A stretch of DNA of 64,000 nt from Octopus vulgaris (taxonomy: Eukaryota). Each line of letters begins with the position of its first letter. Within the stretch, counting starts at the first letter, position 1. The stretch is taken from the NCBI GenBank assembly GCA_951406725.2, contig OX597823.1, forward strand, positions 7,192,001 to 7,256,000, given 5' to 3'. The translations under genes and the position numbers were made by a program. Positions 24,376 to 38,485 of the stretch are shown piece after piece. The notes beneath the pieces are model-generated. The model saw nothing but the letters and a program-made list of their open reading frames with translations, ran no database searches and was not told where the DNA came from.

Positions 24376-24585
24376 AGGCGGCAAGCTGGCAGAAACGTTA
24401 GCATGCCAGGCGAAATGCTTAGTGGTATTTCGTCTGCCACTATGTTCTGAGTTCAAATTATGCTGAGGTCGACTTTGCCTTTCATCCTTTCGGGGTCGAT
24501 AAATTAAGCAACAGTTGCGCACTGGGGTCGATCTAATTGACTTCCCCCTCCCCCGAGATTTTGGGCCTTGTGCCTAGAGAAGAAA
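24376..24585 (+). mobile_element. SINE family B
   Basis: GGCGGCAAGCTGGCAGAAACGTTAGC...GCCTTTCATCCTTTCGGGGTCGATAAA. Confidence 0.88.
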
Positions 24586-24900
24586 AGATTATATAGAAAA
24601 GGACAAAGGCAGAGAGAGAGAGAGAGAGAAGAAGAGAGGGAAAAGAGAAAGAGAGGACAGACAGAACAAAGATCCATATTTTTCTTCCAGTGTTGAAATA
24701 AACTACTTCTTTTAAAATTTCCATCCAACTATCTACCTGTCTGACTATCTGTCTGTCTATCACTGTTATTATCTTGAGCTCTTACCAAATATACAGGTAA
24801 CAAAAACAACTTACCTTTGCTCCCACTTGAGTTTCCTCCATTCAATCATTTGAAAAACAATATGATTATTTCCTTACAGTCAGATTTATATTCTTCTTAG

Positions 24901-25281
24901 TGGAGGTGCAATGGCCCAGTGGTTAGGGCAGCGGACTCGCGGTCATAGGATCGTGGTTTCAATTCCCAGACCAGGCGTTGTGAGTGTTTATTGAGCAAAA
25001 CACCTAAAGCTCCATGAGGCTCCGGCAGGGGGGGGGGGTGATCCCTGCTGTACTCTTTCACCACAACTTTCTCTCACTCAGTTTCCATTTCTGTTGTACC
25101 TGTATTTCAAAGGGCCGGCCTTGTCACTCTCTGTGTCACGCTGAATATCCCCGAGAACTACGTTAAGGGTACGCGTGTCTGTGGAGTGTTTAGCCACTTA
25201 CACGTTAATTTCACGAGCAGGCTGTTCCGTTGATTCAGATCAACCGGAACCCTTGTCGTCGTAACCGACGGAGTGTTTCCA
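24901..25281 (+). mobile_element. SINE family C, tail type 2
   Basis: Same tRNA head as 8784; body matches rc of 49905-50287; candidate TSD ATATTCTTC. Confidence 0.9.
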
Positions 25282-25501
25282 TCCATATATATTCTTCACA
25301 AACTAAGTTCACACTTAAGAGACAAAACATCAGAAGTTGAATATTATGTTTAATAACTGATATACATTTTGATCTATTTCTTTTATTTCAATAACGTTTT
25401 ACCTTTTTTAATTAATTATGTCTTGCATATATGCCCGTATTTCAATGGAGTAAAATATTATCTATTCTAAATATAAAACAAGGGGGTATGCACTTACAAT
25501 G

Positions 25502-26189
<688 letters not shown>

Positions 26190-26190
<1 letters not shown>

Positions 26191-26915
26191 CTTTCTATTA
26201 AAGGCACAAGACCAGAAACTTGGGGGGAGGAGACTAGTCAATTACATTGACCCTAGTGTTTCACTGGTACTTAATTTATTGACCCTGAAAGTTGACCTCA
26301 GTGGAATTTGAACTTGGAATTTGAGTGCAAAGATGGACAAAATGCTGCTAAGCATTCTGCCCAATGTGCTAATGATTCTGCCAGCTCACTGCCTTAAATA
26401 TGATAACAACAACAACAACAACAACAACAATAATAATAATAATAATAACCCTTTCTACTATAGGCACAAAACCTGAAATTTGGGGGAGGGCAACAAATCG
26501 ATTACATCAACCCCAGTGCTCAACTGGTATTTATTTTATAAAAGGCAGCGAGCTGGCAGAAACGTTAGCACGCCGGGCGAAATGCGTAGCCGTATTTCGT
26601 CTGTCGTTACGTTCTGAGTTGAAATTCCGCCGAGGTCGACTTTGCCTTTCATCCTTTCGGGGTCGATAAATTAAGTACCAGTTACGCACTGGGGTCGATG
26701 TAATCAACTTAATACCTATGTCTGTCCTTGTTTGTCCCCTCTGTGTTTAGCCTCTTGTGGGTAATAAAGAAATAGGTATTTATTTTGCCGACCCCAAAAG
26801 GATGAAAGGCAAAGTCAATCTTGGCAGAATTTGAACTCAGAATGTAAAGATGGACCAAATGTTACTAAGCATATTGCCCAACGTGCAAACAATTCTGCCA
26901 GCTTGCTGCATTAAT
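26190..26915. mobile_element. Cluster of three family B SINEs; plus-strand copy 26543-26775 nested in a minus-strand copy
   Basis: GGTATTTATTTT duplicated on both sides of the nested copy. Confidence 0.85.
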
Positions 26916-27129
26916 AATAATAATAACTATGCATAATTATATCTTTGTCCATCCATTCATCTTTTTGTCCACCTATCTATCTGTCTAACTGTTAATCTAT
27001 TTTTCTACTTGCCTATTCTTTCATACATACACCTACATCGTATTTTGATCATATTTTTGAAAAAATTATAATTATTTTGAAATATACCCTGCTTTCTCTC
27101 CAGTTTTGTAATATAATATATTATATAAT

Positions 27130-27475
27130 CTTTACTCTTTTACTGGAGCACTGCCTTTAGTCGAGCAAATTGACCCCAGGACTTATTCTCTGTAAGCCTA
27201 GTACTTATTCTATCGCTCTTTTTGCCGAACCACTAAGTTACGGGGACTTAAACACAACAGCATTGGTTGTCAAGCGATATACACACACCTACATATATAT
27301 ACACATATATACGACAGGCTTCTTTCAGTTTCCGTCTACCAGATCCACTCACAAAGCTTTAATGGGCCCAAGGCTATGGTAGAAGACACTTGCCCAAGGT
27401 GCCACACAGTGGGACTGAACCCAGAACCATGTGGTTGGTAAGCAAGCTACTTATCACACAGCCACACCTACGCCT
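27130..27475 (-). mobile_element. SINE family A
   Basis: rc of the family A consensus with small deletions. Confidence 0.85.
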
Positions 27476-28197
27476 ATATATAATACATAATAGTAACTAA
27501 TTTGAAAATATTCAAGCTTAAAAACAAAAGTACTTTGGCATACATGTGTAGTTTTATAAAGTATGATAATTTGTAAATAGTAAAGACTGGGAAATTCAAA
27601 ATAATCTGGGTTTCTAATATATGAGACATATTGACACAAGCGAGTCATTATTATCTTCTTAAGTGAAGTACTTCATTCTGTTTACATCAGACCATCTTGC
27701 TTGGAAGTAGATATCACTTAATATGAAGAATTAATCAGATGTTGGCTTGCATCATATCTAAAAGGCTTTTTCTCATCAACTAAATGCCAGAAAGCTTGAC
27801 ACAAACACAATTCTTGAGCAATCAACAACGACATGCATCATAATCAGCTATCAGAGAGGAAACTGAAATATTAAGAGAACTCTTAAATCAAGTGACATAA
27901 TTTACACTTTATCCCGTGTTTCATAATTTTCTGATTAGTAAGCAAGCCAGTCTTAACACCATTATGTGCATATTTTGGCAGATGTTTCAACATCTGAAAT
28001 TAAATTGTAATGAAATAACAACAATACAGCTCAACATGTTCTTTTATTTTTTTTTTTTATTCTTTTACTTGTTTCAGTCACTTGACTGTGGCCATCATTC
28101 TTATCTGTCTGTCCTTCCCTCCTTCTGCCTGCCTGCCTGTCTGTCTGTCTTTTTATCCATCTAGTTTTCAGTCAGTCTATCCATCTATTCATACATA

Positions 28198-28837
28198 CAG
28201 TGCCGGTGGCACATAAAAAGCACCGTCCGAACGTGGCCGATGCCAGCGCTGTCTCGACTGGCTCCAGTGCCGGTGGCACATAAAAAGCACCATCCGAACG
28301 TGGCTGTTGCCAGTGCTGCCTTGGCTGGTTTCCGTTCCGGTGGCACATAAAAAGCACCGTCTGAACGTGGCTGATGCCAGCGCTGTCTTGACTGGCTCCA
28401 GTGCCGGTGGCACATAAAAAGCACCATCCGAACGTGGCTGTTGCCAGCGCTGCCTTGGCTGGTTTCCGTGCCGGTGGCACATAAAAAGCACCGTCCGAAC
28501 GTGGCCAATGCCAGCGCTGTCTCGACTGGCTCCAGTGCCAGTGGCACATAAAAAGCACCATCCGAACGTGGCTGTTGCCAGCGCCGCCTTGGCTGGTTTC
28601 CATGCCGGTGGCACATTAAAAGCTCCAACCGATCGTGGCCAATGCCGGACCCTCCTGGCACCTGTGCAGGTGGCACGTAAAAAGCACCCACTACACTCGC
28701 GGAGCGGTTGGCGTTAGGAAGGGCATCCAGCTGTAGAAACTCTGCCAGATCAAGATTGAGGCCTAGTGCAGCCGTCTGGTTCGCCAGCCCTCAGTCATTC
28801 GTCCAAACCATGCTAACATGGAAAGCGGACGTTAAAC

Positions 28838-28870
<33 letters not shown>
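28198..28870 (+). mobile_element. RTE-type 3' end with 8-core array (67-bp period, ABABAB) and (GAT)n tail
   Basis: Cores at 28200, 28267, 28334, 28401, 28468, 28535, 28602, 28664. Confidence 0.9.
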
Positions 28871-28917
28871 ACACACATAGACACATACATTTAGGTTTAT
28901 AAACAGTGTAAAGAAGT

Positions 28918-29305
28918 ACAGGAGTGGCTGTGTGGTAAGTAGCTTGCTAACCAACCACATGGTTCCAGGTTCAGTCCCACTGCGTGGCATCTTGGGCAAG
29001 TGTCTTCTGCTATAGCCCCGGGTCGACCAATGCCTTGTGAGTGGATTTGGTAGACGGAAACTGAAAGAAGCCTGTCGTATATATGTATATATATATATGT
29101 ATGTGTGTGTGTTTGTGTGTCTGTGTTTGTCCCCCTAGCATTGCTTGACAACCGATGCTGGTGTGTTTACGTCCCCGTCACTTAGCAGTTTGGCAAAAGA
29201 GACTGATAGAATAAGTACTGGGCTTACAAAGAATAAGTCCCGGGGTCGATTGCTCGACTAAAGGCAGTGCTCCAGCTTGGCCGCATTCAAATGACTGAAA
29301 CAGAG
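28918..29305 (+). mobile_element. SINE family A
   Basis: Full head-to-tail match. Confidence 0.9.
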
Positions 29306-30498
29306 AAGTTTATTCATTTAAAGCTGAGGCTTTATTTCATTGTTATTCTCAATTTTCCATTTCTGTCCCTTTCTTCACAGTATATATATTGCAAGACATC
29401 TCATCCAATACACCAACAGTTCTGCCAACCTACCACCTAGCATAGCAATACACTAAGTAACACTAAAATAAAATCCCCAGGGAAGAAAGATAAGTAAACC
29501 ACATTCTATAAATGTGATTATTAAGAAAATAGACCCTAAAGAATAAATTGTCAAACAACACCCTAAAGGAAAGGGTAAACTCTTCATCACAAAGCTAAGT
29601 CAAAAGTGTGTTCTGATCCACCACCTATAAGTGTAATAATCGGTTATGCAAGAGAAATATAGTATGGTTCAACCCTCTTTGCACTGAACTTCGCGTCTAA
29701 CTTACCCAGCATCTTCTTTAGGGCAAGAGAAAATTACAGCTGTAGTGATCAACACAAATTGTAGCATGTAGTAAACAACATGGTATCTCATCCTAAAAGT
29801 TCGGCAGAACTAGGGGCACATAAAACCCCACCTATTCAAAATTTCACATGGCTTTGTAACTGTTGAACACCTTCCATGTGCTCTCTCAACAATCACTGCC
29901 TTAGGAAGAACATAGTATATATAAGGATACTGTTACCACTGACAATAATACCTTCCACTACATAGCACGCCAGCAGCATTTCGTACAATTTTGCAAACTG
30001 AGTTCAAATCCTGACAAGGTCAAAGGTTCGTTTGATCCTTTCGTTGTTGAAAATTTAAGTGCCAATCAAGCTTTGGAGCTCAACATGATCCACTACTCAC
30101 TCCACCAAATTTCAAGCCTTGTTCCTATAGAAGAAAGGAATATTTTATGTATGAGTTTTATTTACTGATCTTTGCTATCAAATCCCCTTACAGTTACACG
30201 ATTTTTTACAATGAAATATTCTGTGGGAATATATAGAGGGTGAAGTATCGTTTCTGGTTGGAACCTCCAGGTTTCCTGCCCTGAAATTGCCTGGCTAAGA
30301 GTTCATACGGTTGAAGGAACAATACCGGACATCTTGTAACTATGTTATGGTACCAACCAGCATGTTACAGAGGGTGTTTAAGAACTCAAAGGTGCTTAAA
30401 ACGGCAGACCCACACAATTGCGTCCCCGACTTTGTTTCCTGATAACCTTCAGAAACATGGGTATATTTTTAATGAAATTTTCCACAAATACCTCACAG

Positions 30499-30663
30499 CA
30501 GGGCCGGCTCAAGGTACCAGCAATTCGGGCAGTCACCCTGAGCACCATGTACTAGGAGACACCAAAGAGGGCGTGACAAAGACAAGGAATTTTCACATCT
30601 GTCAGCTTGTATACGATGAAGTTCAGCTTACCCGGGACGCCAGCAACTCTAGGGCAGGCCCTG
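30499..30663. mobile_element. hAT-type MITE
   Basis: TIR CAGGGCC/GGCCCTG; 8-bp TSD CCTCACAG / CCTCTCAG (1 mismatch). Confidence 0.8.
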
Positions 30664-30851
30664 CCTCTCAGATGGTGTAGATTACGAATATATAGGAATT
30701 TCATGTGGAAAGAGAAATAGAAAAAGTTCGCGGACATGCACGCATATATACTGACACACATAACTCGAATTTTTGAAAAAAATTGCGATGTGTGTCAATA
30801 TATATATGTGCACGCGACCACTATCTTTTTCCCATTAAATTCCGATATAGA

Positions 30852-31240
30852 CACAGGAGTGGCTGTGTGGTAAGTAGCTTGCTAACCAACCACATTGTTC
30901 CGGGTTCAGTCCCACTGCGTGGCATCTTGGGCAAGTGTCTTCTGCTATAGCCCTGGGCTGACCAATGCCTTGTGAGTGGATTTGGTAGACGGAAACTGAA
31001 AGAAGCCCGTCGTATATATGTATATATATATGTATGTGTTTGTGTGTCTGTTTTTGTCCCCCTAGCATTGCTTGACAACCAATGCTGGTGTGTTTATGTC
31101 CCCGTTACTTAGCGGTTCGGCAAAAGAGACTGATAGAATAAGTACTGGGCTTACAAAGAATAAGTCCCAGGGTCGATTTGCTCAACTAAAGGCGGTGCTC
31201 AAGCATGGCCGCAGTCAAATGACTGAAACAAGTAAAAAAA
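30852..31240 (+). mobile_element. SINE family A
   Basis: Full head-to-tail match. Confidence 0.9.
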
Positions 31241-31349
31241 AAAAAAAATAGTCGTAATGTACGCTATCTGAGAGTTATTTGTTGAATACTTCCTTAAAAG
31301 ATATCCATTTTCTTCTGAAACTTTTGAGGAAACAATTGTGTGGATGGCA

Positions 31350-32133
31350 CACTTGTCCGGTTTCAGGTGTGTTTCCGTAAGTGCTATGCATAAGGCTTGA
31401 TTGCATGCAACAAAGTCTCTCAAGAACGGGATTTTTGTCCTGTTACTGTGTGTTAGTAGTCCTCTGATGTTCAGTAGGAGCATCGAGGTGAGGTGTATGC
31501 TGTGGCCGGCGGTGTCCACCTTGGGTCTATTTGCTGTGGTGGTCTTGTATATTGTGGGTAGTCCCATCTGCGAGCTTGGGTTTGATGGAGCCAGGTTAGC
31601 TGCTGTACAATCTTTTGTGCCATGCACAAAAAAGATTCTTGTTCAGCAGCTGCCCTTTCAACAACATCATGTTGGCCGTTTGTGGCACGCACCACATCTG
31701 CGTACCTCCGTTTTGGGGCAGGTGGTGCGTGGTCCATCCCTTTTCCTTTCGGTAGTTGGTTTCTGATCTGTTTCGTGTCTCTGCGGCAGGGTCCTCGATG
31801 TGCAAAAAGGCAGCCTGCACCTTCCTCTCCATGCCAGCAGGTACCTCTCAGGTAGAACCTACATACCTGTGTGCGCTGTTTGTTTCCATCCTTTTTGGTA
31901 TATGGATAGTCAGGTTTGCTTCTATTCTTGGCTGTTTCGTTTTTTGGTTTTGCCTGAGTTTTAGTTTTAGTTTTTCCTCCTTTTTTGGTTCTTTCATCTC
32001 CATGGCTTTTGGTGCTGGTAGGAGCACTTGCACTTGGGTTTACTTCCCGGGCAGGTTTCTCACTGGAGTTTTCTTCCTGGGTGTCTACCAGGTGGGGGTG
32101 ACTTTTTTCATCAGCACCCGCGTCTCCATCCAT
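31350..32133 (-). mobile_element. LINE 5' fragment: ORF1 with CCCH zinc finger overlapping the start of an APE-type endonuclease ORF2
   Basis: 220-aa ORF with CRFYLRGTCWHGEEGAGCLFAH; overlapping frame LLLNIRGL...TKIPFL...IALTETHL, truncated after it. Confidence 0.8.
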
Positions 32134-32244
32134 ATGTATATATATATAAAATTTTATGTAACCTAATTACACATTTGTTTCCTGTGTTTGCATATATTAT
32201 AAAATATCTTGTATACAATATTCTTTGTGAACTTCTACAATCAA

Positions 32245-32476
32245 AAACCTTCTTCTTCATTCTCCTTCTTCTTCTTCTTCTTCTTCTTCTTCTTCTTCTT
32301 CTTCTTCTTCTTCTTCTTCTTCTTCTTCTTCTTCTTCTTCTTCTTCTTCTTTTCTTCTTCTTCTTCTTCTTCATTCTTCTTATTATTCTTATTCCTCATT
32401 CTTCTTCTTCTTCTTCTTCTTCTTCTTCTTCTTTGCTTTTTTGTTGTTGATATTATTCTTATTTCATTATTATTAC

Positions 32477-32507
<31 letters not shown>

Positions 32508-32515
32508 GTTATTAC
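32245..32515. repeat. (CTT)n and (ATT)n microsatellites
   Basis: Directly visible. Confidence 0.95.
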
Positions 32516-33283
32516 TCAAGGAAGCATCTTAGACACTGCTCCACAACAAACTGATGAAATAAACGACTAATTTAATGACCTTGACTCCAATTTCCTTAAA
32601 ACGAAGACAAGGCCAGAAGATCTAATAATGGAACTCACTGAAAACCTTTCTGCAAACAGCCACAAATCAAACTACATTGAATTCATATTTAATTAATGAA
32701 TAATAGATCATTTATATAAATCTTGTATATATACATATTGATTTTATGAATTATCATAATCACAGCTTTTAGTCTAATTAATAATTAAATGTAATTAATG
32801 ATCATATCATCAACATGCAAAACTGTAAATATCAAAAATTTTTTATCACAAATTTAAATTTTCCCTTCGTTTGTGTATGAGTGAGTGTGTGTATGTATAT
32901 GTCCTTAAATATGATTACTATATGAGAAAGAAGATATCCCTTTTCTGTGTAATAATTTATTGTCTATTGTCTTTTGTTTTTTTTTTTGTTTTTTCCACAT
33001 CAAAATATCTAGCTACAATATTACATTTTAAAATCAGTTTACATTGTAGGACACTTTCTTCCCCAGCTCTCAACGGAAGATCCTAATCACCATGATTTTG
33101 ATATTTTCCAGTAGCATTGCTACTGGCGGTGATACTAAGCACTATTATGCTACCAGAAAATGCCTATTTGGTTTACATTATAATATGGATTTTGTGGAAA
33201 ATCCTCATACTGCCAAAGAATGCTGTGTTTTCATGAGGTCTCTTTAGCTGTGTCAAGGACATGGTTATTTCTCTGGAGCTGGA

Positions 33284-34290
33284 GTATGAATGTATGTATG
33301 TATGTATGTATGTATTTATGTGTTAGTGTGTATGTATGTATGTATGAATGTATGTATGTATGTTTGTATGTATGTATGTATTTATGTGTTAGTGTGTATG
33401 TATGTATGTATGTATGTATGTATGCATGTTTGTATGTATGAATGTATGTATGAATGTATGTATGTATGTATGTATGTATGAATGTATGAATGTATGAATG
33501 TATGTATGTATGTATGGATGTATGAATGAATGTATGTATGTATGTATGTTTGTATGTATGCATGTTTGTATGTATGAATGTATGTATGAATGTATGTATG
33601 TATGTATGTATGAATGTATGAAAGTATGAATGTATGCATGTATGTATGGATGTATGAATGAATGTATGTATGTATGTATGTATGTATGTATGTATGTATG
33701 TATGTATGTATGTATGTTTGTATGTATGTATGTATGTATGGAGTCATGCCAAAGGCACTCAGTAGGTTCTGTGGAGTGTGAGGACCCTTTAGTTTTCTTG
33801 ACAACATTACACATCACTAGTGTTGATGCTGTGAAAAATTGCACAGTACATTCTATGCAGTGATTGGTGTTAGGAAGGACATTTAGCTATAGAAACCAAG
33901 CCAAAAATATGATATATGCAAGATGAGCCACCCCCAATCCATCTAGGTCAGCAATATCTCTCAAATATGCACTGATTGAAACCATGATGTTCCAACCACT
34001 TATTGCCTGCATAAGAGTAAACGTAAAGCATACACACACACATACATACATACATACACACATACATACATACATACATACATTCATACATACATGCATA
34101 CACACATACATACATACATACATACATACATACATACATACATACATACATACATACATACATACATACATACAAACAAACATACATACATACATACATA
34201 CATACATACATACATACATACATACATACATACATACATACATACATACATACATACATACATACATACATACATACATACATACATACA

Positions 34291-34320
<30 letters not shown>
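33284..34320. repeat. Inverted pair of tetranucleotide arrays: (TATG)n 33284-33740 and (CATA)n 34029-34320
   Basis: Complementary arrays separated by about 290 bp. Confidence 0.95.
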
Positions 34321-34321
<1 letters not shown>

Positions 34322-34322
34322 G

Positions 34323-35374
34323 TAAAGGTGCATTCCAGAAGTTTGGATACTTTTTAGGAGAGGTAGTTACAACTGTTCTTGATTATTGTAATTTTAATAT
34401 ATTAATACATCTGATGAGTATCTGACCAAAATATTTAAGCTGTTTTATATTGAAACTGACAGATCTCGCCTCTCACCTCAGCCCTACCATGTCATTCTAA
34501 AACTAAAAAATCACATCACTGAAATCTCTAAACTACAAGATAATGCATGATTAATTCAAACCATCTTAGATAAACAAACATCACATTTGACACAATAATC
34601 TGAACACTAAAGGGTTAATACATCTGATGAGCTGACTTACCAACTTTTTTTTTCCAGATTGAAGGAGACAGCTGTAACAGCACTTTGGACACACCCTACT
34701 AAACACTGCTTGTCACAGCTGACTAGGTTACAGAATGCAGTTGGAGCATGAAGGCAGCTTAGAAGCTTGCTATGCAATAAGGTTTTTGTGTGAAACAGGG
34801 CAAATATGCTACAGAAACCTTTGAAATGCTTTTGGATTAACTTATATGAGCTGGCCATCTCTTTTTCACTGGCACGAGAGGTCAGGCAAAGCAAATCTGA
34901 TGGGAAGCACATGATGATTCCTTTTTATAACTGTAAGGGCATCAAAACTGTTCCTCACTCTCCCTACGGTCCAGACATGCTCATCGTGACTTCTAGTCGT
35001 TCCTCAAGCTGAAGGAGAACATGAAGGAGACAGGACATAACTATAGGGGACTTTCATGGGGTCTTCATGAAGGGGTTGGAGTTCTACAAAAGATCTTACA
35101 TTGAAAGAGACTAGAGTTTTGTACTTTTTTGAAATTTTTTATTTATTTATTGCTCACAAGGGGCTAAACATAGAGGAGACAAACAAGAACAGACAAAGGG
35201 ATTAAGTCGATTACATTGACCCCAGTGTGTAACTGGTACTTATTTAATCGACCCCGAAAGGATGAAAGGCAAAGTCGACCTCGGCGGAATTTGAACTCAG
35301 AACATTGTGGCAGACAAAATAATGCTAAGCATTTCGCCCAGCGTGAGTCTCAAAACTTTTGGAATACACCATGT
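34323..35374 (+). mobile_element. Deleted mariner element with nested TTAA MITE fragment and SINE B (35140-35345)
   Basis: TIR-like GGTGCATTCCAGAAGTTT / AAACTTTTGGAATACACC; remnants NATETFEML, RQSKSDGKHMM, KTVPHSPYGPD. Confidence 0.75.
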
Positions 35375-37639
35375 ATATTTATACAAACTGGTATACATCT
35401 ATACACTTATTTATATAATACAGAGGATAAAGGAGCAAGAATTTTTTTAAAGTACACTAAAAATATAAGAAACGCGAACTTCAATGTTTCAAGCATTGCA
35501 TCAAGCATAATGTTTGATTCCATGTAAAAGCAAGTTTATAGTATTTGCTTTTTAGTGACTAGAGCTACAATTGCAATCACAATTTGATGGAAAATTTCAT
35601 AAGTGAGCTAAAAGTGATATATTAAATAATGAAGGAAATAGTCTCTTGCAAGGTTAAAATGTTTTAAATACTTTACCGTAGACACTATATTTTGATTACT
35701 TCAACAACAGGAGAGTTACTTTAAAACAGTATGCTTTACTATTGTCACTTATGAATTTTCACAAGCACTTTGTGTCTTATTCAGCAATTGACAAGAAATT
35801 TTGTTGTAAATAAGTTCATTCAAGAGCTGTCTAGTCATTGTATTTACTGTTTGGTAACACAGTCACAGGAAATTGTATTTCGAGGTTTTTGTTTTCTTTC
35901 TCAGAAAGTTCTTGAAATTTGGAGAACAAAATTAAGAGGTAGTTAATTACCGCTATAGAAGCAAATAACTTGATCCCAATTGCAGAATTAAATTAAAATC
36001 TTTGGGACAAATATTTATTTTGCATGATTGTGACTATAAATAAACAAAGTGCTTATTGTTGTATGAGGTCACTGTAGACTGGCAACAATGTACAAGTAGC
36101 TGTTTGTGCGTGGGAAGTGTACATGCAGCAATTTGATATTAAATTAAAACTATAATCATTGAATACATTAGATAATTAGTAATACTTTAGACAAGTGCAG
36201 GTATAATCAGATGGTAAGTAAGCTTACTTTGTAACCATGTACTTCTGGGTTCAAACCTATTACATGGTCCATTGGTCTGATACAGTGGTTCTCAAGCATT
36301 TTCTTTTTTTTTTTTTTTGCTTTTGATTCCTATTTTACTCTACTGGACCTCCATAACCATTCATTGTACATAGAAAAAAATCTTATTGTATTTTTATGAT
36401 TAATATTATTTGGAACTGTATAAAAAGTTGTTAAAATATTTCTATATTGTAGAAATGTAACCAATTTATTGCACATAAATTTTAACAAAATCTTATATGG
36501 ACCTCTTCCCGCCAATGCTTATATGGAGCCTGACTGAGAATTACTGGTCTCTGAGACTACAAGTCTTGGATTGACCAATGCCTTGTAAATGGAATATAGT
36601 AGCCAAAAACTATCAATGCATACATACATGCATAAATACATACATATATACATACATACATACATACATACATACATGCATATATGCAGGCATGTATGCA
36701 TGTAAGTGACTACAACTCAGTTTTAACCAATGTTATTGCTTGACTGTTCTCTTTTTGTTGTTGTTGTTAAGCAACAAGACGGGTAAGGGTGATTAGGTGA
36801 TGGTCTAGGGCTTAGGGGCGGGAGACCCCAGACCTTGGAAAAAAAAAAAGCTTTGGTCGTCTTGTTGTAGTCAAGGGTTCTTTGTTGACACCCGACACCA
36901 CTGGGAAGTGGCTCTCAAAGTCACTGGAAATGGAGATCTCCAGGTTCAAATTCTTGGATGGCTGACTGTTCTCTTGGACATGAGCAGCACAGAAGTGGCA
37001 TTTCAGTCCTGCAAGGGACTAACTAAGTTGCTCACAGCCTGGTAAGAATCAAGCAGAGGATATTATGTGTGTCAAGGTTGGGTGGCTGAGATGTGGGAAT
37101 GCTTGACAGGACAGTATGGGAGTAAGGACAGCAGTCAGCACTTGGAATAAGTGGCAACTCTCTTTTTCATGGATGTAGCAACGATGAGTGCCTCTGGCAG
37201 TAAATAGGGCACATGCCTTCATTCCATCATAAAATTTTCCATTGAGTGTTATGTATTTATAGGCTACAGCCAGCCATAGTATGCAACATATAATAAAAAT
37301 GTTAAAAATGAAGTAAAATTTGTACCTGATGCTTTTTTAAAGTGAGGAAAGGTCTTGTACAGGACCAATCCTGCTTTCGAAATAATGTATGCATTTGACC
37401 AAAAAGAAGAACTAGTGTTTATCATTGGATGCAAATGAAGTCACAGTTGTTAGTTCAGAGTTTTCCTTCTCCGAGAGAAATATCTAAACAAAAACTAGGG
37501 GTCTTCGACTTTCAGCAGCTGGATGGCTATTGACTCTACTGAGTTCATCCTCCCTTTGACAGGTTTTTGTTTTTCTTCCAGTAGGGCCCGTGGCCCCTAC
37601 CTGGGTTGTAGTCAGTCCGCCTGTGCATACCTTCCTGCT

Positions 37640-38312
37640 TGTGACACTTGTGAAGACCTGTTGAGGCAAATCAAATCAAAGTCAAATCGAATCAAGTCAA
37701 ACCAAATCAAAATAGATGAACATCAATGGAATTTGTATCCTTGTGGTACCAGTGCCGGTGGCACATAAGAAAACCATCACAACACATTTAACACCAACAA
37801 CAAATACATATGGGGTGGGCACGTAACAAACACCGTCCGAGCGTGGCCGTCTGCCAGCCTCGTCTGGCACCTGTGTCGGTGGCACATAAAAACACCATCC
37901 GAGCGTGGCCGTCTGCCAGCCTCGTCTGGCACCTGTGTCGGTGGCACATAAAAACACCATCCGAGCGTGGCCGTCTGCCAGCCTCGTCTGGCACCTGTGT
38001 CGGTGGCACATAAAAACACCATCCGAGCGTGGCCGTCTGCCAGCCTCGTCTGGCACCTGTGTCGGTGGCACATAAAAACACCATCCGAGCGTGGCTGTTC
38101 GCCAGCCTCGTCTGGCACCTGTGTCGGTGGCACATAAAATCACCCACTACACTCTCGGAGTGGTTGGCGTTAGGAAGGGCATCCAGCTGTAGAAACACTG
38201 CCAGATCTGACTGGCCTGGTGCAGCCTTCGGGCTCCCCAGACCCCAGTTGAACCGTCCAACCCATGCTAGCATGGAAAGCGGACGTTAAACGATGATGAT
38301 GATGATGATGAT
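37640..38312 (+). mobile_element. RTE-type 3' end with five near-identical 62-bp units (37831-38140) and (GAT)n tail
   Basis: Units start at 37831, 37893, 37955, 38017, 38079; upstream GAAGACCTGTTGA matches the ORF end seen at about 14500. Confidence 0.9.
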
Positions 38313-38445
38313 AGGGCATCCAATGAAAACCAACTTCCTTACCCAGTTGGCTTAGTTGGGTTGGTGGTTTAGTTGCTAACAGCCATATCATGCAACAAGT
38401 TGCACTGAGTTACATGTTAACAGTTACATTATAAGTGACATGACA

Positions 38446-38485
<40 letters not shown>

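Noticed and set aside
28198-28690. CRISPR array
   Set aside because: Eukaryotic context, no cas genes, and the inter-repeat segments are homologous to each other and recur; the array is part of a retroelement UTR.
37831-38140. HDV-like ribozyme in the repeat unit (CCAG-CCTCGT-CTGG resembles P3/L3)
   Set aside because: No P1 or P2 partners found, and the loop is not conserved in other arrays.
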